Assembly (NCBI GenBank): GCA_963727445.1
Contig: CAVSGI010000010.1
Span: 160,001 to 224,000, forward strand
Length of the DNA stretch: 64,000 bases
Origin: an uncultured delta proteobacterium
Lineage (GTDB): Bacteria > Myxococcota_A > Polyangia > Polyangiales > B10-G4
Direction: 5' to 3'
Notes under the pieces: model-generated
The model's input: only the letters and a program-made list of their open reading frames with translations
What the model was told of the DNA's origin: nothing
Database searches by the model: none
Shown here: positions 50,487-59,816 of the stretch, in pieces
Layout of the letters: the number at the start of each line of letters is the position of its first letter
Position numbering within the stretch: the stretch's first letter is position 1
Made by a program: the position numbers and the translations under genes

Positions 50487-50987
50487 ATGCATCGTCGTTC
50501 CTGGTCTCTTGCGCTCCGCATCGCCCTCGTCGTCGCCCTCGTCAGCGTCCTGTCGGGGTGCTTCTGTGGCGACCCGAGCCTGCACGAGAGCCCCTTCCCC
50601 AACGATCCGTCTCCCACGTCGACCGCGCTTTGCGACGGGACTTTCACTCCCGAGCGCATCGAGATCCTCGACATGAACGACCGCAGCATCATCGACGAGG
50701 GCGGCACGCTGCACATCGCCTTCGGCGGGCAGGGCTCACAGATGGTCGGACTGTACGTGGCCGTCTACGGGGACGACATCCCCGACTGTCTCCCCACCGC
50801 GGTGCACCTCGATGGCTACGGCGACAACGCGGATGACTTCAACCTCGTGGACGGAGGCCCCCGCCGCGCCGAGACCGAGGCACCCATCTACTGGATCATG
50901 GACGGCCTCGAGACGCCGGGCCCCTCCACCATTTCGGTGACCATCGGGGACATGACCGTAGAACAGAGCGTCACCGTCGATTACTGA
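50487..50987 (+). CDS. Hypothetical lipoprotein
   Basis: MHRRSW...VLSGC lipobox, GGQG motif. Confidence 0.75.
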   Translation: MHRRSWSLALRIALVVALVSVLSGCFCGDPSLHESPFPNDPSPTSTALCDGTFTPERIEILDMNDRSIIDEGGTLHIAFGGQGSQMVGLYVAVYGDDIPDCLPTAVHLDGYGDNADDFNLVDGGPRRAETEAPIYWIMDGLETPGPSTISVTIGDMTVEQSVTVDY

Positions 50988-51046
50988 GCGCCGAGCGCTC
51001 GGCCACCCTACCGGGCTCGCGCGCCATCGGTGCTACCATCGGCGCC

Positions 51047-52627
51047 GTGACCGTGTGTAGTCACTGTGGACTGACCCACTCGATGGATGGTGAGGTCTGT
51101 CCGATCACGCAGGATTCGTACGCAACCGCCGGGCTCTGCGGCATGACCATCGATCGCTACCACGTCGAGCAGTGGCTCGGCGGCGGCGGCTTCGGCGCGG
51201 TCTATCGGGCGCGCCACACGGTGATGGATCGGCCGGTTGCGCTGAAGGTGCTGCACGCGCGGATGCGCACCCAACCCGCGGCGGTGAAGCGCTTCTTCGG
51301 GGAGGCGAAGGCCGCGACGGCGATCGGGCATCCGGGGATCGTCCAGGTCTTCGATGCAGGTACGACCCCGGAGGGGCACGCGTTCCTGGCGATGGAGCTC
51401 GTCGATGGGTGCTCGCTCAAGGAGCTGCTCGAGGCGGGGCCGATCGCCCCCTCGCGAGGGCTTCGCATCATCATCGCCGTGCTCGACGCGCTCGCCGCCG
51501 CGCACCACGCCGGGATCATCCACCGGGACGTCAAGCCGGGGAACATCATGCTGGGCGGCACCGATCCGGGCGGACCTCGCAGAGACGACCGCGTGCGCCT
51601 CGTCGACTTCGGGGTGAGCAAGGCGCGCCAGACCCGCGACCCGGATGACATCACCCGCTCGGGCATGGCGATGGGGAGCCCCGGTTACGCCGCGCCGGAA
51701 CAGTACGTCTCGGCGAAGACCGCCGACGCGCGCTCCGACATCTACGGCGTGAGCGTGGTCCTCTACCAGCTCCTCACCGGGATGCTTCCCTTCGACGCCG
51801 AGAGCTACGAGCAGATGGTCGTGAAGGTCTGCAGCTCGGATCCGCGTCCGCTCGGACGGATGACGGATCAGGTGCCGCCGGCCCTCGCGGAGATCGTCGA
51901 CCGCGGCGTCGCGCGTCGCCCGGAGGCGCGGTGGCCGACGGCCGAGGACATGGTCGGCGCGCTCCGGCCATGGATCACTCGTCTCGAAGGCGCGACCGCG
52001 CCGACCCAGCTCGCGCCGAGCACGCCTCCACCGGCCATGAAGGGCTTCGACACCCTGAGTCGGGAGGACTCCTTCGTGGATGCGGAGCCAGATGGCGCGG
52101 CCTCCGCGGATGAGGCTGTCACCGTCCCCGACAATGCCCACGCGACGTCGCGACCTCCGCCCGCCGGTGCCGTGGTGGACGAGCCCGCGAAGAAGCGGAG
52201 TGGGGCGCTCCTCGCGCTCGGCGCGCTCCTGGTCCTACTCCTGCTCGTGGTCGGTGGTGGCGCCGCCTTCGTGATCACGCGCACGCCGGAGGAGGCCGCG
52301 CCCTCGCGCCTCGAGGCGCCCCCCGCGACCGTTCCGGTGGCGGCCGAGGCGGAACCGACGGTTCCCGTTCCCGTCGCCTCGGCTCCAGGGCCGAACGACG
52401 AAGCACAGGACGAGAGCACCGACGCGCAGGAGATCGTCCACGAAGAGGAGGGCGCCGAGGCGTCCGAGACCGGGGAGGCCGCTCCTGCGGAAACGACGCC
52501 CACGCCGATGATGCGCCGCAGGGTGCGGCGCTCCCGCATGGGAGCGCGCGCCAACGGTGGCGACGCCCAGATGAGTGCCATGCGCGAGTTCGGCTTCGAA
52601 GACATCGAACCGTTCGACCCCGATTGA
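51047..52627 (+). CDS. Membrane Ser/Thr protein kinase with N-terminal CxxC..H..C motif
   Basis: LGGGGFGAVY, VALK, HRDVKPGN, DFG, YAAPEQ, TM. Confidence 0.95.
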   Translation: MTVCSHCGLTHSMDGEVCPITQDSYATAGLCGMTIDRYHVEQWLGGGGFGAVYRARHTVMDRPVALKVLHARMRTQPAAVKRFFGEAKAATAIGHPGIVQVFDAGTTPEGHAFLAMELVDGCSLKELLEAGPIAPSRGLRIIIAVLDALAAAHHAGIIHRDVKPGNIMLGGTDPGGPRRDDRVRLVDFGVSKARQTRDPDDITRSGMAMGSPGYAAPEQYVSAKTADARSDIYGVSVVLYQLLTGMLPFDAESYEQMVVKVCSSDPRPLGRMTDQVPPALAEIVDRGVARRPEARWPTAEDMVGALRPWITRLEGATAPTQLAPSTPPPAMKGFDTLSREDSFVDAEPDGAASADEAVTVPDNAHATSRPPPAGAVVDEPAKKRSGALLALGALLVLLLLVVGGGAAFVITRTPEEAAPSRLEAPPATVPVAAEAEPTVPVPVASAPGPNDEAQDESTDAQEIVHEEEGAEASETGEAAPAETTPTPMMRRRVRRSRMGARANGGDAQMSAMREFGFEDIEPFDPD

Positions 52628-52642
52628 GGTACCCTCGGGCAC

Positions 52643-53434
52643 GTGAGGTTCTGGCCCGCAGTCTCACTCGTCCTATCCGTCTTGCTCTCGTCGGCCGCGC
52701 CGCCTTCGTCGGCGTTCGCCCAGGGGGACGTCGAAGAGGCGCGCACCCACTACGAAGCGGGGCGCAGTTACTACGAGCAGCTCCGCTACCCGGAAGCCGC
52801 GCGCGAGTTCGAGGAGGCCTACCGGCTCTCGAATCGGCCGCATCTGCTCAAGAACGTGGCCGTGAGTCATCAGCACGCGCAGGCATGGCAGGACGCCATC
52901 GAGGCCTTCGAGCTCTATCTCGAGGAGGTCCCCGACGCGGACGACCGCGCCGAGATCGAGGAGCGGATCGCGCGGCTGCGTGAGCTCGCAGCGGAGGGCG
53001 CCGAGGAGGATCCACACCTCGGCGAGTCCAACGCCGATCGAGACCTGGTCGGGGAGACGGCGGAGGCGCCCGCGGCGGAGCCCGCCGGCGGGGGTGGCGG
53101 CTTTCCCACGGCCTCGGTGGTGACTTTGGGCGTCGGCGTCGCCATCGGCGTCGGCGCGCTCATCACGGGGCTGGTCTCTCACGGCATCTATCAGGATCTC
53201 GACGCGAGCTGCCCCATGGGCGCCTGCAATCCCGCGCGTCAGGCGGATGCCGACCGGGGGAAGACCATGGCCGTGACCTCGACGATCCTCACGGCTACGG
53301 CCGGCGCGGCGGCCATCGCCGCCATCATCCTCTTCTTCACCGTCGACCAGTCGAGCTCCGAATCCGACGAGGCGACCGCGCGCCTGACCTCGGGGCCAGG
53401 GGACGTCGGCGCAGGCATGGCGGTGACGTTCTGA
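52643..53434 (+). CDS. Secreted TPR protein with hydrophobic C-terminal region
   Basis: Signal, ARTHYEAG..A..EFEEAY, AIEAFELYLEE, C-terminal GMAVTF. Confidence 0.85.
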   Translation: MRFWPAVSLVLSVLLSSAAPPSSAFAQGDVEEARTHYEAGRSYYEQLRYPEAAREFEEAYRLSNRPHLLKNVAVSHQHAQAWQDAIEAFELYLEEVPDADDRAEIEERIARLRELAAEGAEEDPHLGESNADRDLVGETAEAPAAEPAGGGGGFPTASVVTLGVGVAIGVGALITGLVSHGIYQDLDASCPMGACNPARQADADRGKTMAVTSTILTATAGAAAIAAIILFFTVDQSSSESDEATARLTSGPGDVGAGMAVTF

Positions 53435-54816
53435 TGCGGAGCGCGCTCCCACTCGCGTCGCTCTTCCTGCTCCTCGGCGGCTGTGTGGCCATCGATGATT
53501 ACTCGAAGTTCAGCTTCGACGGATCCGCTCCCCCGACGGATGCGCGCGTGGATGGTGGAGGCCCCGACGCATCGGACGGTGGCTCGGACACCGGCACCAT
53601 GCCGCTGGGGATGTGCGACTCGCCGTGCCTCACGGACGCCTATCTCGACTTCTCGACGGAGCAGGGCACGGGAACGCTGGCCTGGCGCTATCAGGGCCAG
53701 ACGTTCGCCGACCCCCTCGAGTACTTCGACCTGGTGCCGGGCAGCGATCCCGACAGCTGGGCCGCGACCCCGGCCCCGCCGTCGATCGCGCGCTGCCCCG
53801 ACGCCGCGTCGCTCTGCACGGCCCCCGGGCTCCTGCTGGAGGCCGGCGCCGACACGGGCCCGGTTCTCGTGACCACCGTCGAGGCCACCGGACGCTACAG
53901 CGTCGATCTCTCGGCGGAGCCGATCGGCGCCGCGCCCACCGAGCTCTGGGTCAGCCGCAACGCAGCGCCGGATCTCGTGGGCCGGCTCGTGGTCGACCCG
54001 ATGGGAGGGCCGACCACGGCCACGGCGGCCTTCGAGGCGGTCGCGGGTGACCGGATCGTGGTCGCGCTCCGAAATCCGACGGGCGCGAGCGACGCGAGGG
54101 TCGCGGCCAACGTCCGCCTCAGCACCACCGCCTCGCCTTCCCGATGCGAGCACGTCGCCACCTTCGACGGCGACCTCGACGACGCCTGCGGCGGCGAGCC
54201 GTATGCGGCGGACGGCTCGGGAACGCTGCCCGCGCTCGCCCCCGGCCCCGCGCCCTATCTGGGCATGGCACAGGGGCTGGTGTCAGGAAGCTCGACGGGC
54301 GTAGGGCTCATCGCCATGGACGCCAACGTCGACCGCAGCGGAGACTTCACGACGCAGCTCTGGGTCCGCACGACGCGCCAGGACTACGTGACGAGCTCCA
54401 TCTATCAGGACTGGGACGGCACCTCGAGCGCCGGCATCAACTTCTCGATGGAGGACCCGAGCGGCGCCGACCAGGTCGAGGTGAACTTCCTCTACCGCGA
54501 CGCGACCAACACGGAGCACCCGGGCGTGACCTGCACGAGCGGCGATTGCAGCGGCGTCCTGTCCTTCCCGCGGCCGGCGGACGGCCGGTGGTACCACCTG
54601 CGCCTCACGCGGAGCGCCGGCGACGAATCGATCCGCGTCTGCGTCGACGGATTCGAGGTGGCGAGCACGCAGGTCCCTGCAGCCGCCGACCTCACCAATC
54701 CGCTCTCTCCGAAGGTCGGCTTCAACTTCGGTGGCACGCCCACCTACCGCTTCGACGGATTGGTGGACGACATCCGGCAGTACTCCGAAGCGTTCCCCTG
54801 CGCTCCGAGCCCGTGA
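53434..54816 (+). CDS. LamG-like domain lipoprotein
   Basis: LLGGC lipobox, FTTQLWVR, WYHL, VDG, FDGLVDDIR. TGATG coupling to the TPR gene. Confidence 0.82.
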   Translation: MRSALPLASLFLLLGGCVAIDDYSKFSFDGSAPPTDARVDGGGPDASDGGSDTGTMPLGMCDSPCLTDAYLDFSTEQGTGTLAWRYQGQTFADPLEYFDLVPGSDPDSWAATPAPPSIARCPDAASLCTAPGLLLEAGADTGPVLVTTVEATGRYSVDLSAEPIGAAPTELWVSRNAAPDLVGRLVVDPMGGPTTATAAFEAVAGDRIVVALRNPTGASDARVAANVRLSTTASPSRCEHVATFDGDLDDACGGEPYAADGSGTLPALAPGPAPYLGMAQGLVSGSSTGVGLIAMDANVDRSGDFTTQLWVRTTRQDYVTSSIYQDWDGTSSAGINFSMEDPSGADQVEVNFLYRDATNTEHPGVTCTSGDCSGVLSFPRPADGRWYHLRLTRSAGDESIRVCVDGFEVASTQVPAAADLTNPLSPKVGFNFGGTPTYRFDGLVDDIRQYSEAFPCAPSP

Positions 54817-54921
54817 GGGGCGGGCGCTTCGAGATGGCGCACGATCCGCTCCGACCACGATGAGAGTGATGCCGCCCATGCCCTTCGCCTCCGGCGCCGG
54901 CGCCGCTGACGAGGAGGTGTA

Positions 54922-56310
54922 TCAGATCCCGGGGCCGGAAAAAGGCACGTGCACGACGCGCGTCTCTTCCGGGGCCCCCTCCATCGAGACCTCGACGTTC
55001 GCCTCGAGCCCATCTCGCAGCTGATCCCGGGGCACGGTGGCGAAGACGGGGATGGTGGTGCTCTCGAGAGATGGCAGCTCCACCCGGGTCCGCGGGATCA
55101 CGAAGCTCATGCCGTCGGTCGCCGGCTCGAGATGAAAGACTGCGGGCTCTTCGCGCTTGTTCACCAGGTGGATCTCGTAGCTGTTGCGCACGCCGCCGTC
55201 GTCGGTGAGCACGAAGGGAGGGACGCCTGCCTGGCGCAGCATGTTCGACTCGAAATCCGTCCGGCTCTGGATGGCGAGGCTCGCGACCACCAGGCCGACG
55301 ACGCCGAGCACCGCATAGAACGCGAGCCGGGGGCGCAGGAAGCGTTTCTTCTCGCCTTCGAGCCCGTTGAGCGAGTCGTAGCGGATGAGGCCCGGCGCGC
55401 GCTTCAGCTTGCTCATCACCTCGTCGCACGCGTCGACGCAGTTGGCGCAGCCGATGCAATCGAGCTGCAGACCTTCACGGATGTCGATGCCGGTCGGGCA
55501 GACGACGACACAACGGTTGCAGTCGACGCAGTCGCCGGCGTCGGGGTCCTTGGCTTTGCCCCGCGGCTCCCCTCGCTTCTCGTCGTAGCCGACGATGATC
55601 GAGTCCTTGTCCATGAGGACGGATTGAAGGCGTCCGTAGGGGCAGACGATCAGACAGAGCTGCTCGCGGAAGAAGGCGAAGTTGACGTACATCACGGTCG
55701 TCAGGCCCATCGCCCAGGCGAAGGCCTCGGGGTGCTGGGCGGGGTTGTGACGCACCATCTCGAAGACGCCCGGGAGCGAGACGAAGTAGCTCAGGAAGAT
55801 GTGGGCGACGACCAGCCCGAGCGCGATGAAGGCGGTGTGCTTGACGGTCTTGCGCCACACCTTGTCCCAGCTCCACGGACCGGCGTTGCGCTTGATCCGC
55901 TGCTGTCGCGGCCCCTCGATCAGTCGCTCGATGCGGCGGAAGACGCCCTCGAGGAAGACAGTTTGCGGGCACGCGTAGCCGCACCACACACGGCCGGCGA
56001 GGGCCGTCAGGACGATCAGCAGAAAGCCGATCCCGGTGAGCAGGAAGAAGGCGAGCCAGAAGTCCTGGGCGTTGAAGGTGGCCCCGAGGAGGTAGAACTT
56101 GCGGTCTTCGATGTCGAGGAAGACGGCCGGGTGCCCGCCGACCTGTATCCAGGGAGTGATCGCGTAGATCGCGATCAGGACGGCGAAGCCGATGCGTCGG
56201 AGGGTGGTGAAGCGCCCCTTGACGTCGGCCGGGTGCACCCAGTTGCGATGCCCGTCCTTGCGGAGCGAGCTCGCGCGATCGTCATTCACGACTGGGAGGC
56301 GGGTGGACAT
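54922..56310 (-). CDS. ccoG: Cytochrome c oxidase accessory 4Fe-4S protein CcoG/FixG
   Basis: GRVWCGYACPQTV, CPYGRLQ, CVDCNRCVVVCPTGIDIR, CIGCANCVDAC. Confidence 0.96.
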   Translation of the reverse strand: MSTRLPVVNDDRASSLRKDGHRNWVHPADVKGRFTTLRRIGFAVLIAIYAITPWIQVGGHPAVFLDIEDRKFYLLGATFNAQDFWLAFFLLTGIGFLLIVLTALAGRVWCGYACPQTVFLEGVFRRIERLIEGPRQQRIKRNAGPWSWDKVWRKTVKHTAFIALGLVVAHIFLSYFVSLPGVFEMVRHNPAQHPEAFAWAMGLTTVMYVNFAFFREQLCLIVCPYGRLQSVLMDKDSIIVGYDEKRGEPRGKAKDPDAGDCVDCNRCVVVCPTGIDIREGLQLDCIGCANCVDACDEVMSKLKRAPGLIRYDSLNGLEGEKKRFLRPRLAFYAVLGVVGLVVASLAIQSRTDFESNMLRQAGVPPFVLTDDGGVRNSYEIHLVNKREEPAVFHLEPATDGMSFVIPRTRVELPSLESTTIPVFATVPRDQLRDGLEANVEVSMEGAPEETRVVHVPFSGPGI

Positions 56311-56332
56311 CGGCCTTTCGCGATCCATGCGG

Positions 56333-57055
56333 TCACCCCGCCGTCTCGTCAGCCCCCTCGGTGTCGTTTTCCTCCGCACCCGCGCCCGTGCCCGCACCCG
56401 CGTCCGTCTCTGCCTCCGTGCCCGCTGCGTCCGTGTCCGCCGCCGCGTCCGTGTCCGCCGCCGCGTCCGTTCCGGCATCGGTGGCGTCGCCGTCCCCGGC
56501 AGGCGGCCAGAGCTCGCCTTCCGGAGGCTTGCCCTCCACGTTCGTGTTTCGGAGCGTCAGCACGTAGGCGGTCACCTGCTTCGCGCCGGTGGGCCCGAGG
56601 ACCGACAGCCAGTTGGGCATGCCCTTCTCGAGAACGCCCGTCGTGACCGTGTGGAAGATGTCCTGAACGCTGCCGCCGTGGATCCAATAGGCGTCCGTGA
56701 GGTTCGGGCCGATGTCCCCCTGTCCCTGCTCCTTGTGGCAAGCCACGCAGTTGGCCGCGAAGATGGCGGCCCCCGCCTGCGCGGCCTCCTCGTCGCCCTC
56801 CAGGGCCTCCAGCTCCTCGGGGGTCACCGGTGGGAAGCGCTCCAGATGCGCGGCCACCGCCTCCTCGTACTGCGCGTGGATCGAAGGCCAGAGGTCGAAC
56901 TCGTGGAGGCCGAACCAGTAGAGCACCGCGAAGACGACCGCGCCGTAGAAGGTGACGAGCCACCAGAAGGGCAGGTCGTTGTCCGCCTCCTCGATGCCGT
57001 CGTACTCGTGGATGATCTCGCCCTGGATCTCATCCTTTCTGTGCACTTCGCTCAT
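56333..57055 (-). CDS. ccoP: cbb3 oxidase subunit III (monoheme)
   Basis: HEYDGIEEADNDLPFWW, CVACH, GPNLTD.YWIHG, GMPNW. Confidence 0.93.
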   Translation of the reverse strand: MSEVHRKDEIQGEIIHEYDGIEEADNDLPFWWLVTFYGAVVFAVLYWFGLHEFDLWPSIHAQYEEAVAAHLERFPPVTPEELEALEGDEEAAQAGAAIFAANCVACHKEQGQGDIGPNLTDAYWIHGGSVQDIFHTVTTGVLEKGMPNWLSVLGPTGAKQVTAYVLTLRNTNVEGKPPEGELWPPAGDGDATDAGTDAAADTDAAADTDAAGTEAETDAGAGTGAGAEENDTEGADETAG

Positions 57056-57228
57056 CGGTCGTCCTCCCGCAACGGAAGCGCAGCGAGGCGCTCGAGCTCG
57101 CTCTTCGGCCGGAAGAGCGCGCGAAGGGAGACCGTGATGAACACGGTCATGAAGATGGCGAGCGCGATGATCGGGTAAACGAGCACCGGGCTACGCGCGA
57201 AGAAGTCGCCTGCGAACCATCCGAGCAC
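57052..57228 (-). CDS. ccoQ: cbb3 oxidase subunit CcoQ-like (58 aa, not in the ORF track)
   Basis: MLGWFAGDFF..IIALAIFMTVFITV..LAALPLREDDR, GGAGG RBS, ATGA overlap with ccoP. Confidence 0.8.
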   Translation of the reverse strand: MLGWFAGDFFARSPVLVYPIIALAIFMTVFITVSLRALFRPKSELERLAALPLREDDR

Positions 57229-57238
57229 GATAGCCTCC

Positions 57239-59568
57239 TCACTCCGCCTGGTTCAGCGCGACGGCCTCTTCCCCGTCGTCGCCTTCGTTGTCGGCCGGCA
57301 GCTTGCCCAGCCGTTGCAGATACGCGATCAGCGCCACCATGTGGCTGTCCGGCGCCGCCTCGAAGCCCTTCTCCCGAAGCCCGTCGGCGATGACCTGACC
57401 CGCCGCGCGCGCGTCGTCCGCGCCGCTCTGGATGTCGTCGGCCGAGTACGGGACGCCCACGCTGCGCATGGCGCGCATCTTCGCGGCGGTCATGTCCAGA
57501 TCGATTCGCGAGTCGAGGAGATGCGCGTACGGAGGCATCAGGGAGCCCGGTGTGATCTGCCGCGGATCGACCAGGTGCTGGTAGTGCCAGTCGTCCGAGC
57601 GCAGGCCGCCCTCGTGTGCGAGGTCGGGCCCGGTGCGCTTGCTGCCCCACTGGAAGGGGTGGTCGTAGATGCTGTCGTCGAGGGTGGAGTAGCGGTTGCC
57701 GTAGCGCGCGGTCTCCCAGGCGAAGGGGCGGACCATCTGCGAATGGCAGACGTAGCAGCCCTCGCTCAGGTAGACGTCCCGGCCGTGGAGCTCGAGAGAC
57801 GTGTAGGGGACGTTCTCGGTGGCGCGCGCGTCCTCGGTGGTCGTGATGACCAGCGGGATGATCTCGGCGACGCCGCCGACCAGGACGCCCACCACGACAA
57901 GCACCGTGAAGATCAGCGCGCGGCCCTCCAGAAGCGCATGCCAGGCCGGCATGCCTTCCTTGCGGCCCCTGATGATCGCGATGCTGCCGCCGATGCCGAT
58001 CGTCGCCGCGACGATGAGCGCCACGGTGGCGAGCGTCTCGTTCAAGAAACCGATGGTGAGGGTGGCGGCGACCGTCCCGTAGACGACGAGCATCGGCTTG
58101 CCGAAGACCAGACCCGTCCAGGGGAGCTCGTCCTCCTTCTTCTCGGCGACGGCCACCTCGACCTCGGTGTCGACCGCCTTGCCCGACTTCGCCGTCATCC
58201 AGATGTTCCAGGCGAGCATCAAGAAGCCGACGAGGTAGAGGCTGCCGCCGATCAGGCGCATCACGTACATCGGACGCAGCGCGATCACCGTCTCGACGAA
58301 GTTCGGATACATCAGGCCGCCGGTGACCTCGTTCTCGGCGCGCCACATCAGGCCCTGGGTGACGCCTGCGACCCACATGGCGACGACGTAGAGAAGGATG
58401 CCGAAGGTCCCGAGCCAGAAGTGGTAGTTGGCGACTTTTTCGCTGTAGAGCTTCGTGTCCGTACAGGCGCGGGAACATCCAGTAGAACATCCCCGCAGCC
58501 ATGAAGCCGTTCCATCCGAGGCGCGCCCGCGTGGACGTGGCCGATGATCCAGTCGGTGTAGTGAGCGAGGCCGTTGACCGCCTTGATGGAGAGCAAGCGG
58601 GCCCTCGAAGGTCGCTCATGCCGTAGAAGGTCACGCCTGCGGCGAAGAACTTCAGCACCGGGTCCTTGCGGAGCTTGTCCCACGCGCCGCGCAGGGTCAG
58701 CAGGCCGTTGATCATGCCGCCCCAGCTCGGCGCCCAGAGCATGAGGCTGAAGATCATGCCGAGGGTCTGCGCCCACTCGGGGAGCGCGGTGTAGAGCAGG
58801 TGGTGGGGTCCGGCCCAGATGTAGATGAAGACCAGACCCCAGAAGTGCACGATCGACAGCCGGTAGCTGAACACCGGTCGCTCCGCTGCCTTCGGCAGGA
58901 AGTAGTACATGATCCCGAGGATCGGGGTGGTCAGGAAGAAGGCGACGGCGTTGTGGCCGTACCACCACTGGACGAGCGCGTCCTGGACGCCGCCGAAGAT
59001 CGAGTAGCTCCCGAAGGCGGAGTAGGGGATCGCCAGGGAGTTCACGATGTGCAGCACCGCGATGGTGATGATGGTCGCGATGTAGAACCAGAGCGCGACG
59101 TAGAGCTGCTTTTCGTTCCGCTTGAAGAGCGTCCAGAAGAAGTTGACGGCGAAGATGACCCAGACGACCGCGATGGCGATGTCGATCGGCCACTCGAGCT
59201 CCGCGTATTCCTTGGAGGTGGTGATGCCGAGGGGGAGCGTGATCGCGGCGGAGACGATGATCCCCTGCCAGCCCCAGAAGTGGAGCCCAGCTGAGCTTGT
59301 CGCTCGCCATCCGCACCTTCAGGAGGCGCTGCGTCGAGTAGTAGATGCCGGCGAAGAGCATGTTGCCGACGAACGCGAAGATCACCGCGTTCGTGTGCAA
59401 GGGGCGCAGGCGCCCGAAGCTCAGGTAGGGCGGGAGGTTCGCCTGCCAGAAGGCCAGCTGCAGGGCGATGGTGACCCCGACCAGCATTCCGACGATTCCC
59501 CAGATGATGGAGGCGCTGGCGAAGTACCGCGCGATCTTGTCGTCGTAGACGATGGTTTGTTTCTTCAT
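57239..59568 (-). CDS. ccoNO: Fused cbb3 oxidase subunits I/II (CcoNO), several frameshifts
   Basis: FGRLRPLHTN, QWWYGHNAV, WAGPHHL, WIIGHVH. The CcoN C-terminus is in the same frame as EGCYVCHSQMVRP and WGSKRTGPDL. Confidence 0.93.
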
Positions 59569-59816
59569 CCGTCTCCGCTCCCAGTCCCTTCGGCGCAAGA
59601 CTTGCGGCGAGCCGCAGGTTGCGCGTCCACCTGTTCATTTCCCGTGCCGCCAGATGAGGACATCTGGGTACGGAGTTGCGCGTCCTCTTCGAGCGGCAGG
59701 AGCGCGAGCCTGTCCGCGTGGTCGTAGACGTGCTCCCGCAGGCCCCAGGCGAAGAAGCCGATGGCGCCGGTCACGAGCACCAAACTCACGAATATCAGCA
59801 GGATCAGGACCTCCAC
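59565..59816 (-). CDS. ccoS: cbb3 oxidase maturation protein CcoS
   Basis: VEVLILLIFVSL..FFAW....YDHAD..LLPL. Confidence 0.85.
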   Translation of the reverse strand: MEVLILLIFVSLVLVTGAIGFFAWGLREHVYDHADRLALLPLEEDAQLRTQMSSSGGTGNEQVDAQPAARRKSCAEGTGSGDG

